From NCBI GenBank assembly GCA_964491475.1, contig CAZBFO010000005.1, positions 64,841 through 128,840 of the forward strand: DNA of 64,000 bases. The letters run 5' to 3'. Shown piece by piece: positions 54,530 through 63,838 of this stretch; the stretch's first letter is position 1; every line of letters starts with the position of its first letter. Made by a program: the position numbers and the translations under genes. The notes under the pieces are model-generated. The model was given only the letters and a program-made list of their open reading frames with translations. It did no database searches and had not been told where the DNA came from. This DNA comes from an uncultured Gammaproteobacteria bacterium (GTDB taxonomy: Bacteria > Patescibacteriota > Patescibacteriia > SG8-24).

Positions 54530-55735
54530 ATGGATATCGCCGCCAGCCAACTCGTCGACGATGCGGTCGTGGAAGATCGCGTGCGATCGGTCATCGCTTC
54601 GGGAGCCAAGATCGTGGTCTCGGCGACCGGTGCCGGACTGGGCCTTCAGGGGCTGATCGGCTCCGTCGGCGGCGCTTCGGAGGCGCTGCTCGACGCCGTC
54701 ACGCCCTACGCGCAACCCGCGCTCGAGGATTTCATCGGTCATCTGCCGGAGAAGTTCTGCTCGCGCGAGGTCGCGCTCTGGATGGCTTCGGCCTCGCATC
54801 GTCGGGCACAGGAGCTGGCCATGCGCATGGGCAACCTGCATGCGCATTACGTCGGCGTCGGCATAACCGGCAGCATCCGCACGGTGAAAGCCAAACGCGG
54901 TCCGCACGTGGTACACATCGCCACGCGCAACAAGGCTGGCTTCGAGACGCTGACCGTCAACTTCGAAAAGGGGTTGCTGTCACGGGCGCAAGAAGCGTCG
55001 TTGTGCGACGTGCTCGGGCTCGAGGCGCTGTTCTGGGCTACGGCGAGTCATGATGGCGGCGATCAGTCGCCGTTCACTCGGTCATCGGGCATGACCTCGG
55101 AGCATTGCTACGAGCAGCTGGACGGAGCCGCCAGGTTCATCACCGAACCGGTCAAGCGGCTCATGCTCGGCGACGACGAGCTGCATGGCCTTCCGGTGTT
55201 CATGCCGGACGGGACGCGAACCAGGCTCGCTAACCTCGACAGGGAAAAGCACATCCTTTTCCCCGGCTCCTTCAACCCGCTGCAGTACGGTCACGAGCGG
55301 ATGGCGCTCCAAACCGAGCAGATGACGGGCAAGAAGGTGGTGTTCTGCATCACCAACCGGCATCCCGACAAGGGCGTCATCTCCGACGCGGAGCTGCTCG
55401 GCCGTGCCGAGCAGTTTCGCTGGCGTTGGCCCGTGGCGTTCACTCGCGGCGACTCGCTCTACATCGAGAAGGCCCGCCAGTTCTCCGGATTCGGATTCCT
55501 GATCGGAGCCGACGCCGCCCTGGGCATCCTTGACGCCAAGTACTACGGCGGCGTCGTCGGGCTCGAAGCCGCGCTGCGGGACTTTCGTTGCCTCCGCACC
55601 AAGTTCCACGTCGTCGGACGGGTCGTAAATGGCGAGTTCATCTCGCCCGAAACGCTCCCTGTCCCGCCGGAGTTCGAAAAGCTGTTCCGTCCGGTCACCG
55701 GTCGTTGGGACATCCGTTCCACGGACCTCCGCTGA
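54530..55735 (+). CDS. fusion: CinA C-terminal (PncC NMN-deamidase-like) domain + HxGH nucleotidyltransferase (NMNAT/NadD-like)
   Basis: N-terminal VVSATGAGLGL...YVGVGITGSI (CinA_C-like); C-terminal FPGSFNPLQYGHERMA (G-x-F-x-P-x-H-x-GH); 401 aa. Confidence 0.7.
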   Translation: MDIAASQLVDDAVVEDRVRSVIASGAKIVVSATGAGLGLQGLIGSVGGASEALLDAVTPYAQPALEDFIGHLPEKFCSREVALWMASASHRRAQELAMRMGNLHAHYVGVGITGSIRTVKAKRGPHVVHIATRNKAGFETLTVNFEKGLLSRAQEASLCDVLGLEALFWATASHDGGDQSPFTRSSGMTSEHCYEQLDGAARFITEPVKRLMLGDDELHGLPVFMPDGTRTRLANLDREKHILFPGSFNPLQYGHERMALQTEQMTGKKVVFCITNRHPDKGVISDAELLGRAEQFRWRWPVAFTRGDSLYIEKARQFSGFGFLIGADAALGILDAKYYGGVVGLEAALRDFRCLRTKFHVVGRVVNGEFISPETLPVPPEFEKLFRPVTGRWDIRSTDLR

Positions 55736-55744
55736 CTCGGCATC

Positions 55745-55771
55745 GCCGCGCCTTATGGGTGCGGCTTTTTT
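55745..55771 (+). terminator. rho-independent terminator
   Basis: gccgc-gccttatgggt-gcggc followed by TTTTTT. Confidence 0.6.
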
Positions 55772-55776
55772 GTGCA

Positions 55777-55810
55777 AAACAAAAAGGCCCACCACCGGAG
55801 TGGTCGGCCG
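55777..55810 (-). terminator. terminator after tRNA-Gly
   Basis: Minus strand hairpin ggccgaccactccggtggtgggcc followed by TTTTTGTTTT. Confidence 0.45.
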
Positions 55811-55815
55811 TTTTG

Positions 55816-55890
55816 TGGAGCGGGTAGGGGGAGTCGAACCCCCATCTTCACCATGGCAAGGTGACATAATAGCCGCTATACGATACCCGC
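55816..55890 (-). tRNA. tRNA-Gly (anticodon GCC)
   Basis: GCGGGTA acceptor, anticodon loop TTGCCAT, GGGGGTTCGACTCCCCC T-arm, CCA encoded; 75 nt. Confidence 0.9.
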
Positions 55891-55934
55891 ATCTGCCATT
55901 GGTGAAACCATTGTAGGGACGCGCGGAATTTCTG

Positions 55935-56825
55935 TCAACGGTTTTCCGGCCATGAGTCTTCCTCGAGGGCGTTTCTCTTGCGGATGGTCCATGTAGCTGC
56001 GACAACGGCCGCCGCAACCAGCGCTCCGATGCCCAGCAGCCAGGGGATTTTGGAAGGAGGCGTTGCCAGCTTGATGCTGCCCCCGCCCGCCTCAAGGCTC
56101 GCGTCTTCGGCGTTCTTGGACTTTGGAGGGGCCAGAATTCGCGCCGCTTCACCGTCGGCTATCACCAGTTGCAGGCTGTCTGCTCCGGCGAGCAGAATGC
56201 CCCGCACCTCCATCATCGACCCCATCGCCGTCTTTGGCACCGTCGCTTTTTTCGGAAAAACGATCTCGATTTCCTTCTCGCCGCGGTCGTCGCTGATCGA
56301 AAGCGAATGCTTTGCGGCGTGGGTGATCGTACCCTTCAGAAGCACCGGCAGGCCGATCCCATCGTCGAGCTTACCAAGCCCTCGGGAGCCGAAAACCAAG
56401 TCACCGGACGACACGCGGGTTATCTTTTTTCCGACGGTGCCCAGCAGCGGCACTCCTCGAGTCGAGCCCTTCCGTTGCGCGATGACTTTCACGATGTCAC
56501 CGACCGTAAGCGGCGGCAAGGCGTCAGAACCGAACGCGCGAATGAGCATTCCCGAATCACGCCCTCGTTCTTTCGCCGCAAATGTCCTGGCTCCGATGAC
56601 GTTGAACGGCAGCGTCACCGTCACTTCAATGGAGAAGGTCCGATGGTCATCAACGGGAACGTCGGAGAGCGAATCAACGATAAGCGCCGGCGCCGGCATC
56701 GGTGCCGGTGATTTCGTTTTTCGAGAGGGGCGGGAGGCGGCACGCGCGTCCGGCGCCAAAGACAAGTACAAGGTCACTCCGAGAAACGCCGTCGAGACAA
56801 TCCGCCGCAAGGCCAGTGAACGCAT
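55935..56825 (-). CDS. secreted protein with C-terminal TM anchor and basic tail
   Basis: Signal MRSLALRRIVSTAFLGVTLYLSLAPDARA; C-terminus KLATPPSKIPWLLGIGALVAAAVVAATWTIRKRN; track start 56885 is TTG. Confidence 0.5.
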   Translation of the reverse strand: MRSLALRRIVSTAFLGVTLYLSLAPDARAASRPSRKTKSPAPMPAPALIVDSLSDVPVDDHRTFSIEVTVTLPFNVIGARTFAAKERGRDSGMLIRAFGSDALPPLTVGDIVKVIAQRKGSTRGVPLLGTVGKKITRVSSGDLVFGSRGLGKLDDGIGLPVLLKGTITHAAKHSLSISDDRGEKEIEIVFPKKATVPKTAMGSMMEVRGILLAGADSLQLVIADGEAARILAPPKSKNAEDASLEAGGGSIKLATPPSKIPWLLGIGALVAAAVVAATWTIRKRNALEEDSWPENR

Positions 56826-56918
56826 GGTTTGCGCGCTGAAGGTAAAAAGCGCGAAAGGTATAATCGACGCCGGGTTTTGCGTCAAATGCCAAATCGGTTA
56901 CCATGCAACCGTACACGC

Positions 56919-57004
56919 GCGGGCGTGGCGAAATGGCAGACGCGCCGGCCTTAGAAGCCGGTGGGGGAAACCCCGTGGAGGTTCAATTCCTCCCGCCCGC
57001 ACCA
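56919..57004 (+). tRNA. tRNA-Leu (anticodon TAG)
   Basis: GCGGGCG acceptor, anticodon loop CTTAGAA, long variable arm, GAGGTTCAATTCCTC T-arm, CCA encoded; 86 nt. Confidence 0.9.
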
Positions 57005-57016
57005 ACGAACATCACT

Positions 57017-57571
57017 ATGTCCAAAAAAGTAGAGCACGTCGTGCTTATCCACGGCTACGGCGTTTCCGCGCACAACCTGTGGTTTCCCTGGCTCCATCAG
57101 GAGCTGGAGCGGCGCGGCATTCGCGTCACGGCGCCGACCATGCCCGATCCTCTGCGTCCCGATTACAAAAAATGGATGCGACTCGGCAAGCCGATCGCCG
57201 AAGGCTGGTCGCCGCAAACATTGGTGGTCGCTCACAGCTTGGGCGGCACATTGGCGATGCGTCTGCTGCAGCACTCCGCCAAGTCTCGCGTTGCCGGCCT
57301 CGTCCTCGTGAGCCCGCTGTTCGCTGCCAGCATCAGCGTCAAGCCGTTGCTCGCCTTTTTCCAGCAGCCCATCGACTGGCGCCTGCTTCGCAAGCGCGCC
57401 GGCCGCGTACACGTCATTCATGCCAAGAACGATCCTCTCGTCCCCTTCGACCACGGCATGCGCTACGCGGAAATCCTGGAAGGGGAGCTGCACCTCTTCG
57501 CGAAAGGCAGCCACTTTCCGCAAAAGGAATTTCCTTTCCTGCTCAAGACCATTCTCCCCTACGTCGAATGA
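57017..57571 (+). CDS. serine hydrolase (RBBP9/YdeN-like alpha/beta hydrolase)
   Basis: VVLIHGYG, nucleophile elbow AHSLGG; ATG 57017 right after tRNA; track ORF start 56903 overlaps the tRNA. Confidence 0.75.
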   Translation: MSKKVEHVVLIHGYGVSAHNLWFPWLHQELERRGIRVTAPTMPDPLRPDYKKWMRLGKPIAEGWSPQTLVVAHSLGGTLAMRLLQHSAKSRVAGLVLVSPLFAASISVKPLLAFFQQPIDWRLLRKRAGRVHVIHAKNDPLVPFDHGMRYAEILEGELHLFAKGSHFPQKEFPFLLKTILPYVE

Positions 57572-57576
57572 AGAAG

Positions 57577-57602
57577 CGGCCCGTTCGGCGGGCCGTTTTT
57601 TC
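57577..57602. terminator. rho-independent terminator (convergent genes)
   Basis: cggcccg-ttcg-gcgggccg followed by TTTTTTT. Confidence 0.7.
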
Positions 57603-57604
57603 AT

Positions 57605-58075
57605 CTAGTAGTGATAAGACTTTCCGGCGATGATGGTCGCTGCGCGGTAAAGCTGTTCCAGCAGGAACACTCGCGCCATCTCGTGAGTAAAAGTCATTTT
57701 GGACATCGATATTTTCTTTTGGGCCCGCGCCAATACCGTCGCGTCCAGCCCGGCCGTTCCTCCGACTACGAAAACGAGATGGGCGCCGGTCTCGCCCTCT
57801 CGATCCAAAGTCTCGGCAAATTCCGTCGAAGAGATTTCTTTTCCCGTGCGTTCCAGGGCCATGACAATTGCACCGGCCGGCAGCCGCTTGAGCAGCCTCT
57901 CGCCCTCGGCGGCCATCGATTGCGTCGGCGTGACCGTGCCCCCGAACGGCTCCGCCGCAACCTCGATCACCTCGACCTTCATGTAGGGCTTCAGCCGACG
58001 CAGGTATTCCTCGGCGGCTTCGTGCCAATGGTCTTCCTTTACCGCTCCAACTGCCAGAACAGTGCAGTGCAACAT
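57605..58075 (-). CDS. rlmH: 23S rRNA (pseudouridine1915-N3)-methyltransferase RlmH (SPOUT)
   Basis: Full-length similarity to RlmH; 156 aa. Confidence 0.9.
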   Translation of the reverse strand: MLHCTVLAVGAVKEDHWHEAAEEYLRRLKPYMKVEVIEVAAEPFGGTVTPTQSMAAEGERLLKRLPAGAIVMALERTGKEISSTEFAETLDREGETGAHLVFVVGGTAGLDATVLARAQKKISMSKMTFTHEMARVFLLEQLYRAATIIAGKSYHY

Positions 58076-58079
58076 ATTT

Positions 58080-58093
58080 GGCTAAATTAAGCC
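58080..58093. promoter_or_regulatory. operator-like box GGCTAAATTAAGCC
   Basis: 14-mer; differs at one position from the reverse complement of the box at 28342..28355; 19 bp upstream of the module -35. Confidence 0.45.
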
Positions 58094-58112
58094 TAATTAA
58101 TGGGTGACACCC

Positions 58113-58141
58113 TTGACAAAACGCCCATTTTCTGCTTGAAT
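58113..58141 (+). promoter_or_regulatory. conserved extended promoter (module copy C)
   Basis: cccTTGACAaaacgcccattttcTGCTTGAAT; leader with ccca-gaaa-tggg hairpin; AAGGAG RBS. Confidence 0.5.
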
Positions 58142-58219
58142 TGCTTTGACCCAGAAATGGGATGAATATCGCTCATTTTACCTCAACCTAGTTGAAAACC
58201 CATACATAAGGAGTGTCAG

Positions 58220-59386
58220 ATGGCGAGTTCCAGCCCTCCCGCGCGCAAAAGCAATCCTGCTTCCGGCGCACCGGGTGGAACCGATTCCACCCGACCTTCT
58301 TCCGAAGATGGCCGCAGGTCGACCATCAAGGGGTTCCCCCCGACGCCCGACCTTCCGACGTTCGATTCCTCGTATCGAGGAGTCAGCTCGGAAAGCGGTA
58401 CCACTCCGGCGGTCAAACCGATCACCTCGCGGCCGCCCGGCAGCGACGACAGCCAGGGGTTGAAGGCGGAAGTGCGCAAGCTCTCCCGTCACAACCTCAA
58501 GCTGCAGTCAGACCTGCTGTTCATGGCGAGCACGTTGGAGTCACTTTCCGACGCTGTCGTCGTCGCCGATCACCTCGGCATGATCTTGAGCTTCAACGAC
58601 GCTGCGGCAACCTTGCTGCAAGTCGAGAAGTCCGAGGCCCTCAAAGACAACCTGTTCCGTCTGCTTTTCGACGATCAGGAAGTCATGCCCCGGGGCGACG
58701 GCGGTCATGTGCTGCAGATCCTTCGGGAGCAGCAGCGCGTAGACAGCCATCGTACCGAGATTGCCGGCAAGGTGGATCGCAAGCCCGTACCGGTTCTGCT
58801 CACGCTGAACTACGTCCGTGCCAGCGATCCGCCTGCCATCGTGGCGATCATCAAGAACAACAGCGAGCTCGAGAAGCTGATGCGCACCGACCACCTGACC
58901 GGAATCGCCAATCGCGGCGAGTTCGATGCCAGGCTGTTGCAGGAGTGCAGTCGTATGGATCGCGGCCAGATGAGCATGGTTTCCATGCTCTTCATGGACG
59001 TCGACCTGTTCAAGAGCTTCAACACCAAGTACGGCCATCAGGGCGGTGACGAAGTGCTGAAGGCGGTCGGACGCGTACTCAAGGAGTGCGTTCGCGACAT
59101 CGACACTCCGGCCCGCTACGGCGGCGAGGAATTCGCGGTCATCCTTCCGGGAACGGACGAGGTGGGCGCGATCCGCGTCGCAGAGCGCATCCGGCGCCGA
59201 CTCGAGGCGACGAAAGTGTTCCTCCAAGGGTACGGTGACGTTTCCGTCACCGTTTCCATCGGAGTGAGCACGCGTCTTGCCAAGGGCAGCGATCCGGAAT
59301 CGCTTACGAGCGAGGCCAACGAGGCGATGCGACTCGCCAAGGAGCAGGGCCGCAATCGGACGAGAATCTTCGCCCGAAAGCGCTGA
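58220..59386 (+). CDS. diguanylate cyclase (PAS-like sensor + GGDEF)
   Basis: GGEEF active-site motif, RxGGDEF-type inhibitory-site context, 388 aa. Confidence 0.85.
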   Translation: MASSSPPARKSNPASGAPGGTDSTRPSSEDGRRSTIKGFPPTPDLPTFDSSYRGVSSESGTTPAVKPITSRPPGSDDSQGLKAEVRKLSRHNLKLQSDLLFMASTLESLSDAVVVADHLGMILSFNDAAATLLQVEKSEALKDNLFRLLFDDQEVMPRGDGGHVLQILREQQRVDSHRTEIAGKVDRKPVPVLLTLNYVRASDPPAIVAIIKNNSELEKLMRTDHLTGIANRGEFDARLLQECSRMDRGQMSMVSMLFMDVDLFKSFNTKYGHQGGDEVLKAVGRVLKECVRDIDTPARYGGEEFAVILPGTDEVGAIRVAERIRRRLEATKVFLQGYGDVSVTVSIGVSTRLAKGSDPESLTSEANEAMRLAKEQGRNRTRIFARKR

Positions 59387-59394
59387 TGCTTCGA

Positions 59395-59419
59395 GGGACC
59401 CCTATGGGGTCCCTTTTTT
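59395..59419 (+). terminator. rho-independent terminator
   Basis: gggacccc-tat-ggggtccc followed by TTTTTT. Confidence 0.75.
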
Positions 59420-59485
59420 CATCCTTGACTGGCCTGCACTGGTGCGATAGATTGCGGTGTTGTCCCTTTTGCAATAGGAGTGACG

Positions 59486-59818
59486 ATGAAAAGAAACGCG
59501 AGTCCCATTCCGCCTTGGGGTGCCGAAGACGCCGCACTGCGTCGGATGTCCGCTGCCCTCTTCGTGCTGGCAGCACTTTCGCTCGCTTACGACGTCGTGT
59601 CGTTGGCCAGCGGACCGGTCGATCTCAATCGGCACCTGCCATTTCTGTTTCCGTTCGTGCTGACGCTGTTCGGCATCTTCTGCCGAAAGGCATCTCGAAG
59701 CCGTAAGCTGCCCGGCAATACGGGCCAGGCTGCCGATGAATACGACCGCAGTTCCTGCCTGCATCCGGATAATCACCCCAAGGGCCGCCGCGACGCTCCC
59801 GACGGTACGTCCGATTGA
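59486..59818 (+). CDS. small two-TM membrane protein
   Basis: AGGAG RBS; MKRNASPIPPWGAE...; 110 aa. Confidence 0.5.
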   Translation: MKRNASPIPPWGAEDAALRRMSAALFVLAALSLAYDVVSLASGPVDLNRHLPFLFPFVLTLFGIFCRKASRSRKLPGNTGQAADEYDRSSCLHPDNHPKGRRDAPDGTSD

Positions 59819-59833
59819 TACGTTCTCCGCACA

Positions 59834-59868
59834 AGCCCCGCCTCATCAAGAGGCGGGGCTTTTCTTTA
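59834..59868 (+). terminator. rho-independent terminator
   Basis: agccccgcctc-atcaa-gaggcggggct followed by TTTCTTT. Confidence 0.7.
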
Positions 59869-59931
59869 CAAGAAGGCGATTTTTTGCTAAAATAAACACC
59901 GTTACCGTCTAGAAAAATCTGATTTTTTCTT

Positions 59932-60951
59932 ATGAAAGGCGAACTTCCGAAGGTCGATCATCCGGGCGTTGAAAGGGGCGAAAAATCCGCCAATGACAAT
60001 GCCAAGCCCGAGAAGGCCGAAAGCGGTGAAAAGGGAGAAAAGAGCGAACTTATCTCCCTGGCCGATTTCCTCAAGGAAGCCGACGAGACCATGGGGTCCG
60101 TCGTCCAGGCGCTTGAGCGCGAGCGCGGCTATGCTGCGGAGGTGCGCAAGATGGGTGCCCGCGTGACCCGCGAGACCGCCCAAAAGATTGCCGACCTCGA
60201 GAAGCAACGCGACAGTCTCGAACAGGCCGTCGATGAGGCTGCGCATGATTTGGCATTCACGGATTGGGTCGCATCCAAGCGAGAGAACGCCGGCGAGAAG
60301 CCCTTGGATGAGATGGTGACGAAAAAGCTGCGCACTCCCGAACTGGAAGCGCTGCTTAATGATCCCGATGCCATCGATATCACCGACGACATGATCGTGG
60401 AGGTGCAGTCCGAGGTCGAACTGAAGGTACTCGAGGCACAGCTCCAGGAAGAGGCGGACAACGCCCAGTTCGAAATGGCTGACATCATCGAGCAGCTGCA
60501 TGAAATCAAGAAGAGGGCCAAAAAGGCGGAGAAGCCCCAATGGGATCCGGAGCTTCGCAAGAGCCTTCGCGACATCTTGAGCACCCGCGCCGCGGAACTC
60601 GAGGCGCGCATCACGGAACTTTCAAAGCCCGAGCGCCCCGACAGCGAAATGGACGACATCGACAGGTACTATGCCCGTCAGCGCGCCGAGGAGCTGAAGA
60701 GCTCTCGCGCGGAGCTGAAGCAGGTGTTCGCGCAGGGCATTGAGATGGACAGGTCAGAGATCGAGGAAAACGCCGGACCTACCGAACAGCAGCACATGGA
60801 TCAGATGCTCGCCGGCGTGCTCGAAGCCCGATTCAACGATCTGCAGAACTATACCCGCACGCTCAAGGAAAAGATCAAGGATGTCCGCGTCGATCTGGGC
60901 TTGGTCAAAGGCCTCGACAAGGGTAATGCCGACATGAGGAAGGCCGCGTGA
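59932..60951 (+). CDS. coiled-coil hypothetical protein (Glu/Lys-rich)
   Basis: Heptad-like charged repeats throughout; 339 aa; no RBS evident. Confidence 0.5.
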   Translation: MKGELPKVDHPGVERGEKSANDNAKPEKAESGEKGEKSELISLADFLKEADETMGSVVQALERERGYAAEVRKMGARVTRETAQKIADLEKQRDSLEQAVDEAAHDLAFTDWVASKRENAGEKPLDEMVTKKLRTPELEALLNDPDAIDITDDMIVEVQSEVELKVLEAQLQEEADNAQFEMADIIEQLHEIKKRAKKAEKPQWDPELRKSLRDILSTRAAELEARITELSKPERPDSEMDDIDRYYARQRAEELKSSRAELKQVFAQGIEMDRSEIEENAGPTEQQHMDQMLAGVLEARFNDLQNYTRTLKEKIKDVRVDLGLVKGLDKGNADMRKAA

Positions 60952-60964
60952 CCGTTCACGCAAA

Positions 60965-61000
60965 AGAAAAACCGCCCGTTGCCGTGGGCGGTTTTCGTTT
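60965..61000. terminator. bidirectional rho-independent terminator
   Basis: aaaagaaaaa-ccgccc-gttgccgt-gggcgg-ttttcgtttt. Confidence 0.65.
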
Positions 61001-61014
61001 TGCGCGGTCGCGCA

Positions 61015-61428
61015 TCACGAAACGGTGAGCTGCCTGCGAACGTCACGCAGGCGCGTGATCGCGCGTCGTCGTTCGAGCAGCGAGCAGGTGCCGATGAGGC
61101 TGATCTGCGGAAGCAGTCGATCGATTGACGCCTGCATGGCGGACACGTTGAGTGTTTCGAAGTGCGACCTGCACGTTGCCAGTAATCCTTCGCGGACGAA
61201 CTTGGGAAGCGTATGGTCGCAGAGCAGCGTAAGGTAGGCGATCTTCGCCCTGTAGGCGGCGTGTCTGGCACGGATGTCCGTGCCCTCGCAGGTATCGTGA
61301 CGGGCACGCCCGTCGGACGCGATGTCGCCGGCCGAGTAATCCACCGTTTGTCCACAGAAGTGGCAGTTCCCGATGATCCGGCACTTGTCTTCGAATGATC
61401 CTGGGACCATCCGCTTGGCGATTTGCAT
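61015..61428 (-). CDS. hypothetical Cys/His-cluster protein
   Basis: AAGGGA RBS 5 nt before ATG 61428; CHFCGQ...HDTCEG cluster; 137 aa. Confidence 0.45.
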   Translation of the reverse strand: MQIAKRMVPGSFEDKCRIIGNCHFCGQTVDYSAGDIASDGRARHDTCEGTDIRARHAAYRAKIAYLTLLCDHTLPKFVREGLLATCRSHFETLNVSAMQASIDRLLPQISLIGTCSLLERRRAITRLRDVRRQLTVS

Positions 61429-61544
61429 CAATCCCTTGAATCTAATGAGCACGGCAACCTCCCCTCGGGCTTATACCCGACCGCGGAATGTACCTTAAAA
61501 CAGCCATTTTGTCAAGGCTGATAGCAAGGCATTCCAGCGCCCCT

Positions 61545-61580
61545 TGACACGTTATTTTTGGTAGGGCACAATGTACGAAG
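61545..61580 (+). promoter_or_regulatory. candidate rRNA promoter P1
   Basis: TTGACA-17 nt-CACAAT in AT-richer leader region upstream of 23S. Confidence 0.35.
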
Positions 61581-61678
61581 TTCTTGAAATCGATATCCAC
61601 AGAAACCGCTGGCGAGGCCGCTTAATTCGTGAATGTCCACGACATGGTCCGTCAAGCAAATTTCATCCGCTCCGACTG

Positions 61679-61714
61679 TTGACAGGTCTCCTCGTACAGT
61701 GTACGATGCGACCG
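61679..61714 (+). promoter_or_regulatory. candidate rRNA promoter P2
   Basis: TTGACA-17 nt-TACGAT. Confidence 0.35.
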
Positions 61715-62089
61715 CTTCTGAAGATTTAAAAGGCGGTTTTTTTGACCCAATGCCACGAATGCCACGAAAATGATAAATCGTTTTCGTCACACGTAGAAAG
61801 GACCCAGAAGCGGGTAACGGTGGACACACCGTTCTCCACTTCTGGGGCCAAACTCTCCAATGCCAACAAGGTGGTAAGAGGGGGAAGGTCCAGACCATTG
61901 ACAACTGCATACAGAATCAGCAAGTAGGTCATCCGTCCTATCGAGGGGCGAGATGACATGTTATCAAGGTCTAACAACGTCTAAGCTTGGACCGTTCGGA
62001 GTGCGCCGTTGTAAGCGGTTGCATGAAGGCGGTTCTGCACGAAGTACGAAACACAACCGCAAGGACGTTTTCGTGCTTCAGTGGAAAAA

Positions 62090-63185
62090 TGGGTGCAATA
62101 AGGGTGTATTGGTGGATGCCTCGACACAAAATGCCGATGAAGGACGTAGCAGCCTGCGAAAAGCTTCGGGGAGGTGGCAAGCAACCTTTGATCCGGAGAT
62201 ATCCGAATGGGGAAACCTGGTTCGATGTTGAATCGAATCGCAAACTAGGGCGACCTAGGGCGTGGGTACCCGCTGAAGTGAAACATCTCAGTAAGCGGAG
62301 GACAAGAAAAAAACCACAGTCTTTAGTCTTAGGTGGATTGACCGCAGCAATGCGAGATGCACATCTAAGACTAATGACTGCAATTCCCTAAGTAGTGGCG
62401 AGCGAACGGGGAGCAGCCTAAACTCATCATGTGTGGCGTTACACTGAGTATGGATAGCAATATTCGTACCGCAGGTGGCGCTTAAAGGTACGAGCCGTTG
62501 CATGGTGGGTGTTGTACGATGCCAATTAGGAATACTCGTAATGTTCCGACGCAGTAAAAGAGTCGTATATAACAGAACGATCTGGAAAGGTCGGCCAAAG
62601 CGGGTGATAGCCCCGTATGTGAAATGTACCGCTACTGCGTGATAGGCATTCGTAAGTAATACGAAACTCGTGAAATTTCGTATGAAGCAGCGACGACTAT
62701 GTCGCAAGGCTAAATACATTTTGTGATCGATAGTGAACGAGTACCGTGAGGGAAAGGTGAAAAGCAGCCCGGGAGGGCGATGAAACAGTATCTGAAACCC
62801 TACGCCTACAAGGAGTCGGAGCTCTAACTGCAGCAATGCAGGGAGTCACGGCGTTCCTATTGAAGAATGAGCCAACGAGTTGGCTGCATGTTGCTCGGTT
62901 AAGTCCCTGAGGGGACGAAGCCAAAGTGAAAGCGAGCCTTAACGGGCGCCGTTAACTCTCTGCTCTGTATCCGGTTCGCCGGAGACAGGGTTGAGATGTT
63001 AACAGGTAGCATGCACCAGACCCGAAACCCGGTGAGCTAGCCATGACCAGGATGAACCAACGGTAACACGTTGGGGAGGTCCGAACCCGTTAGCCGTGCG
63101 ACACTATGGGATGAGTTGTGGCTAGAGGTGAAATTCCAATCGAACTGGGTGATAGCTGGTTTTCCGGGAAATAGCTTTAGGGCTG
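62090..63185 (+). rRNA. rrl: 23S rRNA, 5' ~1.1 kb only (domains I-II); similarity to 23S ends near 63185
   Basis: GGTGGATGCC...GATGAAGGACG...CCGAATGGGGAAAC...GTAGTGGCGAGCGAACGGGGA...GTACCGTGAGGGAAAGGTGAAAAG...GACCCGAAACCCGGTGA...GATAGCTGGTT universal 23S blocks in order; ~60-nt hairpin expansion at 62318..62380; downstream of 63185 the GTAGAGCAC block and later blocks are absent. Confidence 0.8.
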
Positions 63186-63435
63186 GGTCGTAACCCTTTA
63201 TGGAAAGATCGCGCTTATCACTATTTGCGTAGGCAACACCGCGCCAGACATAAAGCTTCCAAAGCGTCTGGCCGGTATATTTTCTAGACACAATTGCGCG
63301 CGTACAAGCCGAGATCGCAATATCGCCGGTCTCTTTAGTGCATGTATCTAGATCACCTGCTATCGCTGGTCTGGTCAGTAACCCCGCCATCAAGATAAGC
63401 AACGACGAAGTCACACGTCGCCAATACGTCTTCAT
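63037..63435 (-). pseudogene. 5'-portion of a secreted TPR-like protein gene that runs antisense into the 23S fragment (truncated at the rRNA junction)
   Basis: Strong RBS GGGGGGAGAA + ATG 63435; signal peptide MKTYWRRVTSSLLILMAGLLTRPAIA; TPR-like LWKLYVWRGVAYANSDKRDL; residues encoded beyond ~63185 come from antisense rRNA and are not meaningful. Confidence 0.35.
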
Positions 63436-63748
63436 GTTCTCCCCCCACTCGAAGTAATCGGCGATGGCAAATTATCACACCCATTGCGTCCATCCATCCA
63501 GAGAGGGTTAGCTTTTCAAGCTGAGAGCAGCGTTGCAGCTAGCCGATGTCTCGGATAGGTCTTGGTCGTGTCAAAACGCACTGGTGTAGCCGGCCTTGCC
63601 CGCCGGGTCATGTCTGCTTCGCTCCGAAAGCGTACCCTAGGTCAGGGCTGCGCGACTTCCGCACAAGACCTATCCGCTGCTCCAGCAGGCGGGCTTAAGG
63701 GATTTCGTGTAGCGAGAAGACGGCTCATGGCCGGACGAGCGCCACTCA

Positions 63749-63838
63749 ATGTCGTCATTGCGAGCGAAGCGAAGCAATCCAGGGCCTCGCGCACGGACTC
63801 TGGATTGCTTCGTCGCTTCGCTCCTCGCAATGACGTCC
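63749..63838. repeat. ~90-bp imperfect palindrome (long hairpin)
   Basis: Arms gtcattgcgagcgaagcgaagcaatccag / ctggattgcttcgtcgcttcgctcctcgcaatgac with 17-nt loop; each arm translates to DCFASLAMT / SLRGAKRRSNPE-type peptides, producing spurious ORF 63642..63860. Confidence 0.6.

Noticed and set aside
55978-57633. 551-aa + strand ORF
   Set aside because: Arg/Ser/Ala-rich junk spanning a tRNA gene and antisense to a signal-peptide protein.
61840-61960. RNase P RNA-like words (GGAAGGTCCAGACC, ACAGAATCAGC) in the 23S leader
   Set aside because: The two motifs are ~40 nt apart instead of ~300 and other P RNA core blocks are absent; more likely rRNA leader processing stem.
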